From a virus, in the IMG/VR virus record IMGVR_UViG_3300028840_001508, positions 1-64,000 of that record: 64,000 nt of DNA, one strand, 5' to 3'. Below the pieces are notes generated by a model. That model did no database searches and was not told the origin of the DNA. It saw only the letters and a list, made by a program, of their open reading frames with translations. Shown one piece after another: positions 37,072 to 46,746 of this stretch (its first letter is position 1; every line of letters begins with the position of its first letter). The position numbers were made by a program, and so were the translations under genes.

Positions 37072-40023
37072 ATGAATGAAGTAAAACTTGACTCTTTTCT
37101 CAACGACCTGGCTGACTGTAATTCAGTCATATTACCAGTCGCAGAAAAGGTCATGGAACGAGCTAACAAGGAATATGGCGTCAAAAAAGAGGATGTGGGC
37201 TTTGAGTTAAAAGACTATACGCAGATTGATGCAGATGTGAAGCCCAAACGCGAGGCAGTTGTCACCATCAATACCATAGCAAAGGATAGGGATGGTGAGG
37301 CTGTACTGCCTGAAGGCGCTATATTAGATGACTATGAACTGCTGAAGGTCGTGCTATTCGGTCACAATTACGCTGGTTTGGGTGTAGGCAAGAACCTCTG
37401 GCTAAAGATAGACCCCCATCTCTTCAGTATCATAGCACGAACCAGGTATACTACAGCAAAGGCGAATCCGCTTGGCGAGCAGATATACAATTATCGCCTT
37501 GAGGAAATGCCCATAGGCGAGTCTATAGGCTTTGTACCCATAGAGTGGGTAGAGCCGCATGACAAGACGTGGGGAAAACATTTTGACCAGTGGCTAGACA
37601 GGTACAAGCAATTCATGAAGCTTCACCAACGGGACGTGCCTGACGACGTGGAATTGGACAGGATATTCACCCTATGGATAATGCTGGAATACAGCGATGT
37701 GGTCATCCCCTCAAACCCGTTTGCCATCCAGAATGCGGTTGAAAAGGGTCTTATCTCTGAGAAAGACATGAACAGGTACATTGTCAAGACGCAGCCAGGA
37801 GTAATCACCAAGCCCGAAACCACCGAGAACTATCACCGTGTACCCGTTCCCGGTCGTGAATGCAGGATAACGGCAACCATTACCATCAGCGCATCGCAGG
37901 GCATCAAGGCGCTGTACTGTGGCAAGGAAAAGAAGGTAGCGACGTATCTCTTTGACGTAAATAAATGGACGATGGCAGAGGCTAAGAAATGGGTGGCAGA
38001 GCATGATAGCGGGAAACAAGCGACGTTATTTGCATCCAAAGATATAGATAGCCCCGAACGCTGGAATAAAGCCCTTCCTGTAGCCTTTGATGCCAAAGAG
38101 CCAGAGGAAATTCCGACCTCATTTGTAAACGGTATAATCAAATCCTATCTAGGATGCGATATTAAAGACGTATTTCTTAATATATTTGCGATACCCAGTC
38201 CGCTCATAGGGTCATATTTATCAGCTTTCAAAACTATTCTTGCGGATTATAGGCAGACAGACATCAGGAATTTTCAGGAAAACGGAACTGAAGCTCCACC
38301 CAGATATGGTGTAATACAGCTTAATTCGGAGATTAGCGACGACTTTCTAATAGAGGGCATGGTATTCTATGAAGGACTCTCGGAGAAATTTATCCTTGAA
38401 TACTATCCTACTTGGAGCAGTTTGAATGTAAATATTATCACCACCCATGATCAGAAGAACTGGAATAAGGGCTTACTGGATACTATTCACGCATGGGTCA
38501 AGGAAAACAACTATCTCAAGAATGAGAAATTTGCCCTGAGCGGTGAGTTTCTAAATACAACAGATGAGGCGTGGGATTCGTTAATAACCAAGGATAAAGA
38601 AAAGGTCAAGGTACAGCAAGTACAGTCAACTTTGGATAAGAAGAAAGCCGCAATGCCCAGTCGTGGGATGATATTCATGGGGCCGCCTGGTACTGGCAAG
38701 ACAAAGACCGGGCGCATCCTTATGAATGATAGTAATACCACCTTCATCTGGGTATCCAGTAAGGATTTTGACAGGCACAGGCCGGAATATGTGCTTTCGC
38801 TTTCATTTGACATGGCGCGGGATCTTGCGCCTTCTATCCTGTTTATAGAGGATATAGATTCATGGCTAGGCGGATATTGTACTGACTTACTCAAAACAGA
38901 GCTTGATGGGATACGGCAGAATAAAGGCCTACTGACAATTCTAACATCTAACTATCCTGAGAAGATGCCTGATGCCCTGTTGGATAGACCTGGCAGGTTT
39001 CACCATATCATAGATTTTGCATTACCGGATAGCGGCCAAAGGTCGCAATTACTAAAGCAGCTTTGCCCTGAACTAGATAATATAATGGTCAATGAAGTGG
39101 CTAAGAAAACAGACGGCTTATCCCATGCACATATCAAAGAGATTGTGGACTATGCTGCTATCATAGCAGACGTACAAGGCATTACGCTAACAGAAGCTAT
39201 AAGAATAAGCTTGAAGAATATATTTGAGCAGAGAGAACTGATTGAGTCTATAAGAGCAAGGGAAAAGGCTTTTAATTTAGATATTATAGCGAAAGCAGTC
39301 ATCCCCTACCGCGACCTGGGCAAAGCCGATGAAAACGTATCATGGGACGGCCCTGCTGAGGTTGCCGCTGCTGAGGTGTCTGACCTGAAACTGATGTGCG
39401 CATGGGTGGATTCCGCTAATGCTGATGTAAAGAGCGCATATAAACTCCCGCACCACAAGGCATCTGGACATGCTGCCGTATGGCGTGGCGTTGCCGCTGC
39501 TATGGCTGCGCTATTGGGAGCGCGGGGCGGAACGAAGATACCGCCTGGCGATAGGAAGAGTGTGTTTTCACATCTGAGTAGACACTACTCAGATTTTGGG
39601 AAAGAGTCGCCAGAGTTCAAGCAATATTCCGAGGCAGCAGTAAAGTGCATTAGCTGGTATAATGGCAGTTATGATGACGTAGACGGCTTTTATGAAATTG
39701 AAGATGATAATGAGCTAGACTCCTGGCACGACACACTAAAGGCTTTAGAAAATATGAAAAAAGAAACCGACATAGCCGCTCTTCAGGCGCAGATAGCGGA
39801 GATGCAGGGGCAGATGAACGAGATACTTGCGAGGCTCACCCCTGCTGAAACGCCTGATGAAGAGGAAGAAGAGGAAGAGCCAGAGGAAGAGGAAATAGAC
39901 CTGACCGAAATACTGGCAGAGGTATTCGGTGAAGATGCTGATGAAGAACTGGATGGCGAGCCGCATATACTGACCGCAGAAGAGCGGATAGCGAAGATGC
40001 AGGGCAAAGTCATCCAGAAGTAG
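37072..40023 (+). CDS. Prohead (HK97-type) maturation protease fused to an AAA+ ATPase and further domains
   Basis: DRDGE, VLFGHNY, SIGFVP, LEYSDVVIPSNP (protease); GPPGTGKT, LFIEDID, LTSNYP, DRPGRF (AAA+); YKLPHH..VWRGV..GARGG domain; acidic tail. Confidence 0.88.
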   Translation: MNEVKLDSFLNDLADCNSVILPVAEKVMERANKEYGVKKEDVGFELKDYTQIDADVKPKREAVVTINTIAKDRDGEAVLPEGAILDDYELLKVVLFGHNYAGLGVGKNLWLKIDPHLFSIIARTRYTTAKANPLGEQIYNYRLEEMPIGESIGFVPIEWVEPHDKTWGKHFDQWLDRYKQFMKLHQRDVPDDVELDRIFTLWIMLEYSDVVIPSNPFAIQNAVEKGLISEKDMNRYIVKTQPGVITKPETTENYHRVPVPGRECRITATITISASQGIKALYCGKEKKVATYLFDVNKWTMAEAKKWVAEHDSGKQATLFASKDIDSPERWNKALPVAFDAKEPEEIPTSFVNGIIKSYLGCDIKDVFLNIFAIPSPLIGSYLSAFKTILADYRQTDIRNFQENGTEAPPRYGVIQLNSEISDDFLIEGMVFYEGLSEKFILEYYPTWSSLNVNIITTHDQKNWNKGLLDTIHAWVKENNYLKNEKFALSGEFLNTTDEAWDSLITKDKEKVKVQQVQSTLDKKKAAMPSRGMIFMGPPGTGKTKTGRILMNDSNTTFIWVSSKDFDRHRPEYVLSLSFDMARDLAPSILFIEDIDSWLGGYCTDLLKTELDGIRQNKGLLTILTSNYPEKMPDALLDRPGRFHHIIDFALPDSGQRSQLLKQLCPELDNIMVNEVAKKTDGLSHAHIKEIVDYAAIIADVQGITLTEAIRISLKNIFEQRELIESIRAREKAFNLDIIAKAVIPYRDLGKADENVSWDGPAEVAAAEVSDLKLMCAWVDSANADVKSAYKLPHHKASGHAAVWRGVAAAMAALLGARGGTKIPPGDRKSVFSHLSRHYSDFGKESPEFKQYSEAAVKCISWYNGSYDDVDGFYEIEDDNELDSWHDTLKALENMKKETDIAALQAQIAEMQGQMNEILARLTPAETPDEEEEEEEPEEEEIDLTEILAEVFGEDADEELDGEPHILTAEERIAKMQGKVIQK

Positions 40024-40044
40024 TAGCTTTATGAAAGGGGAAGT

Positions 40045-40380
40045 ATGATGAAACAGGATAACATCAAGGAAAGATTCCGTCAACTAGATAACGACAGGAA
40101 TAAGCTATATGATACCATAGCGAATAAGACGGAATCCGATAGAAAGCAGATAGAGGAAATAGAAAAAGCAATGGACGAGAAAACTGCCGAAGACCGAACT
40201 GCGATCAAGGAATTAAATGAGCAAATCATAGCTTTACGTTTGGAATGCAGTCATGTTTGGCAGGATCAGGATCCGGCAACAATAGATCTACTAGGTTTTC
40301 CATATCCTGTTTGTACTAAATGTGGTTTAGGTGAACTGACTTACCTGCTACATAGCCGTGGATGGACAGAAAGCATTTGA
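40045..40380 (+). CDS. Coiled-coil plus zinc-ribbon hypothetical protein
   Basis: CSH..CTKCG. Confidence 0.55.
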   Translation: MMKQDNIKERFRQLDNDRNKLYDTIANKTESDRKQIEEIEKAMDEKTAEDRTAIKELNEQIIALRLECSHVWQDQDPATIDLLGFPYPVCTKCGLGELTYLLHSRGWTESI

Positions 40381-40461
40381 GCATGGATTAACTGGATCTC
40401 GTTCAACCGGTTTTGGGGCAGGGCTTTCCGTAAAAAATGTCCTGCACAATAGAATATCCAC

Positions 40462-40505
40462 AAAAACGGGTCAGATGGCGAAGTTTGCGCTGACCCGTTT
40501 TTCTT
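40462..40505 (+). terminator. Intrinsic terminator-like hairpin before the capsid gene (with competing helix)
   Basis: AAAAACGGGTCAG / CTGACCCGTTTTT perfect 13-bp stem. Confidence 0.75.
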
Positions 40506-40657
40506 TGCCATTTGACCCGTATCAAAGCAGAAATATCAGGCGCAAGCTGGAGATAGATTTGAGAGCTATCAGGCAACGGCGCTGGAGATATTAGCAAACC
40601 GACGTAAGACACGGAAATGAAAGAGAGACAACTGATTCGCAGAGGTGAAAATGATAA

Positions 40658-41971
40658 ATGGCTTTAACTAAAGAAGAAATAGCGGCGCTGACTGCTGAGA
40701 TACAGAAGAACCTGGATGCGCCGGCCAAGCCTCCCAAGGTAGACATAAAGCAGGAGCTTACGAAGCAGCTTGCTGAAGTCAAGACTCAATGGGATAAAGA
40801 AAAGGATGAAGCAATCAAGGCTGCACTGGCAAAGCAGGCAGAGGAACACGAGAAAGCCCTTGATGAACTCAAACCGCAGCCGAAGGAGAAGAAGCTGCCC
40901 ACCAAGGAAAATGACCCGACAGGCGGCTTTCCTACCATTTCTGAGTTTGGCGAAGCTGTAGCGAAGGCTGGCATGGGCAGAGGGCTTGATCCTCGTCTGA
41001 AGATGATCATGGAAAAAGCCGCAGGTGCAGGGATGGAAGAGGGCGTTGATTCTGAGGGCGGATTCCTCGTTCCAGAGGAACACGCCACCAGGCTGCTTGA
41101 GAACGGCATCGGATCGTCTGATCTCCTGTCCCGCGTCACGGAGATACCCATGCAGAGCAATAGTATCGCCATTCCCTGTGTCGTTGACACTACCAGGGCG
41201 AGCGGGCTGTTGTTCGGCGGCGTGATCGTCTACCGCAAAGCCGAAGAGGGTACTGGCACATCATCCAAGCCGAAGATGGGTGAAGTAAGGCTGACGCTGC
41301 ACAAGCTGTTTGGCCTGGCGTACTCATCTGACGAGCTGATAGAGGACAGTCCTGTAAGCATCGGTGCTATGCTTGAGCGGATGTTTACCGATGCCTTTGC
41401 CGCGAAGCTGGAGTATGAAATTATCAACGGCACGGGCACAGGCGAGCTGGAAGGCCTATTCCAGGCTAACTGCAAGATACAGCAGGACAAAGAGGAAGGG
41501 CAGACAGCCGACACTATCGAGTATGACAACATTGTGAAGATGTACTCCCGTATGCCTGGCAGGAACAGGCGACGTGCGGTGTGGCTGATCAATGACGACT
41601 GTATTCCGCAACTGTTCACGCTCAACTTGGCTGTAGGTACTGGCGGCGTTCCAGTATTTATGCCTGCCAATGGTGCATCTGCAACACCTTACGACACGCT
41701 GTTTGGCAGACCCATTATCAGTAACGAGAACTGCGCCACCATTGGTGATGCAGGCGACATCTGGTTCTGGGACCCCACCGAATACCTGCACGGCGTAAAG
41801 GCAGGAGCGGGCATCAAGTCCATGACTTCACTACATTTCAAGTTCGACACGGACGAGACGGCTTTCAGGTGGACGTTCAGGGATGATGGAATGTGCTGGT
41901 GGCCCGGTGCTTTGACGCCGCGTGTATCAAGCACCACGCTGAGTCCTGTAATCGACCTTCAAGCGAGATAG
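40658..41971 (+). CDS. Major capsid protein (HK97 fold, with delta/scaffold domain)
   Basis: Coiled-coil N-terminus, EGGFLVPEE, SDELIEDS, IINGTG, TLFGRPI, DETAFR. Confidence 0.95.
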   Translation: MALTKEEIAALTAEIQKNLDAPAKPPKVDIKQELTKQLAEVKTQWDKEKDEAIKAALAKQAEEHEKALDELKPQPKEKKLPTKENDPTGGFPTISEFGEAVAKAGMGRGLDPRLKMIMEKAAGAGMEEGVDSEGGFLVPEEHATRLLENGIGSSDLLSRVTEIPMQSNSIAIPCVVDTTRASGLLFGGVIVYRKAEEGTGTSSKPKMGEVRLTLHKLFGLAYSSDELIEDSPVSIGAMLERMFTDAFAAKLEYEIINGTGTGELEGLFQANCKIQQDKEEGQTADTIEYDNIVKMYSRMPGRNRRRAVWLINDDCIPQLFTLNLAVGTGGVPVFMPANGASATPYDTLFGRPIISNENCATIGDAGDIWFWDPTEYLHGVKAGAGIKSMTSLHFKFDTDETAFRWTFRDDGMCWWPGALTPRVSSTTLSPVIDLQAR

Positions 41972-42009
41972 CAGCGAAAGCTGATCAGATAAAGAGGTGA
42001 ATTCGATAA

Positions 42010-42492
42010 ATGGCTACTTTTACTGAAAACAACAAGATAGTGCCAGGTATAGCTCCCATAGACCTGAACGGCGGAGTCAGGAGCGGCGATTGGGTAAACA
42101 TGGCACACTACAACCGCCTCACTATCATCTTTATGGGCGGGGCGCTCACTGGCGCGCCGACACTGACCATCAAGAAAGGCACAAGCGTAGCTGGCGCAGG
42201 CTCAGTGGCGATGGCGTTCAACTACAAGACGTGTACCAATCCAGCGTCAAGTGATTCGCTGTCTGCTACATTCACAGCCGCAACGTCTTCGGGCGTTAAG
42301 TTCTCTGCTTCTTCCACCAACCCGCTGATCGTGGTGGAAATAGAGGCAAGTGAACTGGCGACGACTGCCACGGCTTATGACTGTGTAGCAGCGGTAGTGC
42401 CTGATCCGAGCAATGCTGCTCTTGGTGCTGTGCTGTATATCCTGAGTGAGCCGAGAATCGGCAGGGACGTGCCGCCAGCGGCTGTATCCTAG
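42010..42492 (+). CDS. Putative capsid decoration protein
   Basis: Beta-rich small protein directly after MCP, GAGGTGA RBS. Confidence 0.6.
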   Translation: MATFTENNKIVPGIAPIDLNGGVRSGDWVNMAHYNRLTIIFMGGALTGAPTLTIKKGTSVAGAGSVAMAFNYKTCTNPASSDSLSATFTAATSSGVKFSASSTNPLIVVEIEASELATTATAYDCVAAVVPDPSNAALGAVLYILSEPRIGRDVPPAAVS

Positions 42493-42544
42493 CACTAACT
42501 TACTGAGGGGGCTTCTGCCCTCTCAGTTTACAGCAAAGGGGAAT

Positions 42545-42952
42545 ATGATGGGAACGACAATAAGGCTTCTGAGGGAATGGATGGGCCATACTGGCGATGA
42601 TACAGAGGGCGAGGGCCAGGGCGAAGAGCTTAATGTTACTGAACGCTTTGCCAAGCAGCTTATAGACAGGGGTACGGCTGTCATGGTTAAGCAGCCTATG
42701 CCCGATGAAATACCTACCGTCAGGGTCAGGCTCATTGATGAGTGGATGACCAGACCAGGCGACAAGCAACTGGGCGAGGGCAAAGGGCAGGAGTTGAACA
42801 TGCCAAGACCGTTAGCGGAGAGGCTGATCAGGGAAAAGAAAGCCGTAGACCTGGATGCTAAGCCCAAGCGCAAGCGAACCCCCACGAAGAAGCGCGTAAG
42901 CAATCCGCCGAAAAACAAAGCAGTTCAGGCGGAGGATACAGAAAACAAATAG
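42545..42952 (+). CDS. Small protein with duplicated motif (IRLL.EW..G.EL...A..LI) and basic tail
   Basis: Internal repeat; typical post-capsid position. Confidence 0.6.
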   Translation: MMGTTIRLLREWMGHTGDDTEGEGQGEELNVTERFAKQLIDRGTAVMVKQPMPDEIPTVRVRLIDEWMTRPGDKQLGEGKGQELNMPRPLAERLIREKKAVDLDAKPKRKRTPTKKRVSNPPKNKAVQAEDTENK

Positions 42953-42975
42953 CCAACAAAGAGAGGTGAATCTCT

Positions 42976-44280
42976 TTGGCTACAACAATACAAGATGATT
43001 TTGTTTCCGGCCTGTACTACATATACGAGAAGGCTATAGGCAGAAGCACCACAGGCGACGTGGCTAAGTTCGGCACGGCTGACGTGGTGATCGGAAACAC
43101 ATTAAATGATATAGATTTCTACGTCTACGGCGGCGAGACTAACTATCTCAAGTACGATTGCGGTAACAGGAAGCTATCACTGGTAGGCACAGCATCCTGT
43201 ATGGACATAGCTGCATCAGGCGATAGTACGTGCAGCACCTTTACGGATAGCTTTAACGAGGTGCTGAACGTCTACAGCGGCGTTCCAAGTACAGGTGATG
43301 ACCTGACCAGCGGCACGCCTTTTTGCGGCATACACAGCCGATCCGTATGGGTGAAAGCCCAGACCAACGACATATCCATCTATGCGATAGAGGGACATTT
43401 CCGACCGAAAGCCAACTGGACGCAGGGTGTCCATGCTGCTGTGCGCGGCTACGTGGAGGAATCTGGAAGCACCACGCACGGCGGGCAGACATCGGCACTG
43501 TTAGCAAGTGTCGAGACCAGTTCAGGCTTCACCCTCTCAGCTAGCTCCTACCTTGAAGGCTTGCGGGTGGAGTCGCTGATGCACGATACGTGTACATTGA
43601 CAGGTACGCTATCTGGAATATACATAGCAAAGGGTAGCGGGAAAGAGCAGTTTAAGTACGGCATCTATATAGATGATTCTGCTGAGGTGTCAATATATAG
43701 CAATACGACACCATCAGGAACATCTGCTATTAACGCATGGGAATGCACTGTTACAGACGCCTGTACCACGTCCAGCGGCTATGCTTACGGAATCCACGTT
43801 ACAGCTAACAACACAGGTGCCAAGTCAGGAGGCTGTTCTAACACGCAGTTCAATCCCATCGGTGTAGATTTCACACTTACGGCGGGCGGTTCGGCTGGAT
43901 TCTATGCGCTTTACGCCTATATCATGAAGAGCGGAAGCCCAACACTTTCCAGCGCGGCGGTAGCAGGTGTCAACGTGGAACTTACGGAGCTTGGGGCAAT
44001 AGACTATTATGCAGGCTTGTGGGTGAACAAATACAACACAACCAAGGCGACAGGGCCAGATGCATTCTGCTTATTCAGTAACCAGGGATCAGGCGTAACC
44101 AGGACATGTTTCTATGTCCAGGGTGATAAGCCCGATTACTTGATACAGACTGCTAACTATGCCACAGATAACATGATGGTGGTAGGTTCGGGAACATACT
44201 CTACAGCAGATGGATATTTCAAATGCTACCTGGGAACGACAGAGGTACGTATACCATTTTACACGGGCGTAGACGCATAA
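42976..44280 (+). CDS. Putative virion fibre/decoration protein, paralog 1
   Basis: G/S/T-rich beta-helix-like; TTG start with GAGGTGA RBS; shares N-terminus and C-terminal two-thirds with 44343. Confidence 0.7.
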   Translation: MATTIQDDFVSGLYYIYEKAIGRSTTGDVAKFGTADVVIGNTLNDIDFYVYGGETNYLKYDCGNRKLSLVGTASCMDIAASGDSTCSTFTDSFNEVLNVYSGVPSTGDDLTSGTPFCGIHSRSVWVKAQTNDISIYAIEGHFRPKANWTQGVHAAVRGYVEESGSTTHGGQTSALLASVETSSGFTLSASSYLEGLRVESLMHDTCTLTGTLSGIYIAKGSGKEQFKYGIYIDDSAEVSIYSNTTPSGTSAINAWECTVTDACTTSSGYAYGIHVTANNTGAKSGGCSNTQFNPIGVDFTLTAGGSAGFYALYAYIMKSGSPTLSSAAVAGVNVELTELGAIDYYAGLWVNKYNTTKATGPDAFCLFSNQGSGVTRTCFYVQGDKPDYLIQTANYATDNMMVVGSGTYSTADGYFKCYLGTTEVRIPFYTGVDA

Positions 44281-44342
44281 TATTAGTGAAAGAGAGCGTT
44301 TGCCAGGCCGAAAGCCCTGGCACAGGGAGTTGAAAAACATAA

Positions 44343-46487
44343 ATGCCTAGAGCAACAGGCAACTGGAAAATAGAAACAGACTGGGCATCAGGTGAAATAT
44401 ACTGGTATGAGAAAGCGGTCGGACGTAGCACTACAGGCGACCTGGTGAAAATAGGAACATCTGAGGTCGCTATCGGGAACACAGGACAGGATGTTGACCT
44501 GAAGGTATATATCGGTGAATCCGGCAATACCTACATGCAGACCGACGCAGGGAACGGCAAGGTCTACTTCTACAAGACTACTACAAGCACGTCTCCTGGC
44601 AGGTTTCTGTATATACAGGCGCTCGGTTCGCTAATGGCGTCTGGTCAGAACCTCCAGGGAATGCAGATCCGCTCCCGCGCAACGGGAACGGGGACGATAG
44701 CAGGAGGTACTGACGGAGCGGAAATCAAAGCCGGTCTAAACAGCAATAGCGACACAGGTACAATAGCGGGCGCGAGGGCTATCATAGCCAATATAGACGC
44801 CAAAAAAGGAACTATTACCACGGGAACCTGCCTTGAAGCGCAGGTAGACCTGGGCGCTGGCGGGGAAATCACTACGCTCTACGGTGTACGCGCTGCGCTG
44901 AATAACTCTGGTACAGTTACCAACGGCTACGCGTATCACGTCGATGCTGTGGCAGGCTATCCGTGGACGTATGGTCTATATATCAAGAGCCAGATGGCGA
45001 CTACGGGCATCTATATTGGTACATCAACCACGGGCATAACATTCGCAGGTACTCTGACTACCGGGATCAGCTTCGGGTCCGCTACGGTGACGACTGACAT
45101 CACCAAAGCCGGGGATATGACTATCAGTACAACCGGCACGACAAAGAACCTGACATTAAGTACCACAGGGGATATTGCGCTAAATCCTGCTGGTGCTGAT
45201 ATAACTATCGGAGGGGTTAGTGGCAGTGCGGGCAAGCTAACGGCACATGCTACGAAGCTAACCGTATACGGCGGTGACACTACAGGCGATGATCTGGTGT
45301 TGATGGCTAATAGCGCAGACAATGAAGCCATTACCCTGAACGGTGCAGGCGCTATAGCTTTTACCAATGCGAATAATGTGACGTTCAGCGGGCCTGTAGT
45401 CGAAGGGGAAAGCGGCGATACTACATGCGTCGCTCTGTCAAACACATCCAGGAACGGCATGGTAGTTTATTCGGGAACGCCCACCAGCGGCGGGACAGAT
45501 TTTACCACTGGCAACCCGATTTCTGGCATACGCTCAAGACTTCTGGTAGGAACAGCCCAGACTAATGATACGTCATGGTATGGCGTATTCGGGCAGTTAC
45601 GTATCAAGGCTAACAGGTCGCAAGGCATCGGCGCTGCCGTGCGCGGATACGTGGAAGAATCCGGCGATACTACTATGGCGGCTGGGCAGACTTCTGCACT
45701 TCTGGCATCAGTAGAAGTTAGTTCAGGCTTTTCGCTTTCTGCTGGTAATCTAGAAGGCTTGAGAGTCGAGTCATTGGCTGATGCTTCAGCAACTATGACA
45801 GGTGCTTTCAACGGTATTTATGTGGCAAAAGGCAGCGGAAAGTTGGAATTTGATTATGGCATCTATATAGACGATGCTGCAACGCGATCCATTTACTCCA
45901 ACACAACGCCAGCAGGTTCCAGCGCGGTCAATGCGTGGGAATGTACGGTTACAGATGCCTGCACTACATCTAGCGGCTATGCCCACGGTATCCATGTCTC
46001 GGCTAATAATACGGGGGTTAAGACTGGCGGATGCTCTGCGACACAGTTCAACCCTATCGGTGTAGATTTGACTTTAACCGCAGCGGGAAGCGGAGCGTCA
46101 GGAGCAGGTTTTTATGCACTATACGCTTATATAATGAAGAGCGGATCGCCGGATTGCTCCCATTGTTCCGTGGCAGGCGTGAACGTGGAACTGACAGAGC
46201 TTGGCGCAATAGACTATTATGCAGGGCTGTGGGTGAACAAGTATAATACGACTTTGGCAAGTGGCCCTGATGCCTTCTGCTTATTTAGCAATCAGGCAAC
46301 TGGGGTTACTCGCGCGGGTTTCTATTTCCAGGGCGATAAACCCAGTTATCTTATTCAGTGTGCTAATAATGCTACTGATAATATGCAGGTAGTTAGTTCG
46401 GGAACATACTCTACAGCAGACGGATATTTCAAGATATATCTGGCAAGTACAGAATATCGCATTCCATTTTATGCTGGCGTAGACTGA
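44343..46487 (+). CDS. Putative virion fibre/decoration protein, paralog 2
   Basis: YEKAVGRSTTGD N-terminal motif; C-terminus nearly identical to 42976. Confidence 0.7.
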   Translation: MPRATGNWKIETDWASGEIYWYEKAVGRSTTGDLVKIGTSEVAIGNTGQDVDLKVYIGESGNTYMQTDAGNGKVYFYKTTTSTSPGRFLYIQALGSLMASGQNLQGMQIRSRATGTGTIAGGTDGAEIKAGLNSNSDTGTIAGARAIIANIDAKKGTITTGTCLEAQVDLGAGGEITTLYGVRAALNNSGTVTNGYAYHVDAVAGYPWTYGLYIKSQMATTGIYIGTSTTGITFAGTLTTGISFGSATVTTDITKAGDMTISTTGTTKNLTLSTTGDIALNPAGADITIGGVSGSAGKLTAHATKLTVYGGDTTGDDLVLMANSADNEAITLNGAGAIAFTNANNVTFSGPVVEGESGDTTCVALSNTSRNGMVVYSGTPTSGGTDFTTGNPISGIRSRLLVGTAQTNDTSWYGVFGQLRIKANRSQGIGAAVRGYVEESGDTTMAAGQTSALLASVEVSSGFSLSAGNLEGLRVESLADASATMTGAFNGIYVAKGSGKLEFDYGIYIDDAATRSIYSNTTPAGSSAVNAWECTVTDACTTSSGYAHGIHVSANNTGVKTGGCSATQFNPIGVDLTLTAAGSGASGAGFYALYAYIMKSGSPDCSHCSVAGVNVELTELGAIDYYAGLWVNKYNTTLASGPDAFCLFSNQATGVTRAGFYFQGDKPSYLIQCANNATDNMQVVSSGTYSTADGYFKIYLASTEYRIPFYAGVD

Positions 46488-46746
46488 GTTCTATATGCGG
46501 CATGAGGATCATATATGAAAAGAAGCGATGCCACAATCATGAGGATTGATGGAATTGGAATTAGAAAAGATAGAGCTGGATCAGACAAAGCTAACAGGCA
46601 AAGATATTCTATCTCTTACAGCGGAAACACAGATACAGATCCGCACCAGGGAGCAGGGACAGGACGTGGTTCTGGTACTCAATGAATCTGTGCCAGCTTA
46701 ACGGCTATGAACATGACGCATAAAAACACATCGGAGGTGAAAATGA

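Noticed and set aside
40358-40594. 78-aa ORF before the capsid gene
   Set aside because: Overlaps a terminator and structured leader, has a weak start and no motifs; the region is better explained as RNA elements
42976-46487. Long similar segments as a possible DGR template/variable repeat pair
   Set aside because: In the stretch compared, differences are mostly synonymous and not adenine-specific; both copies are coding and there is no reverse transcriptase in the window
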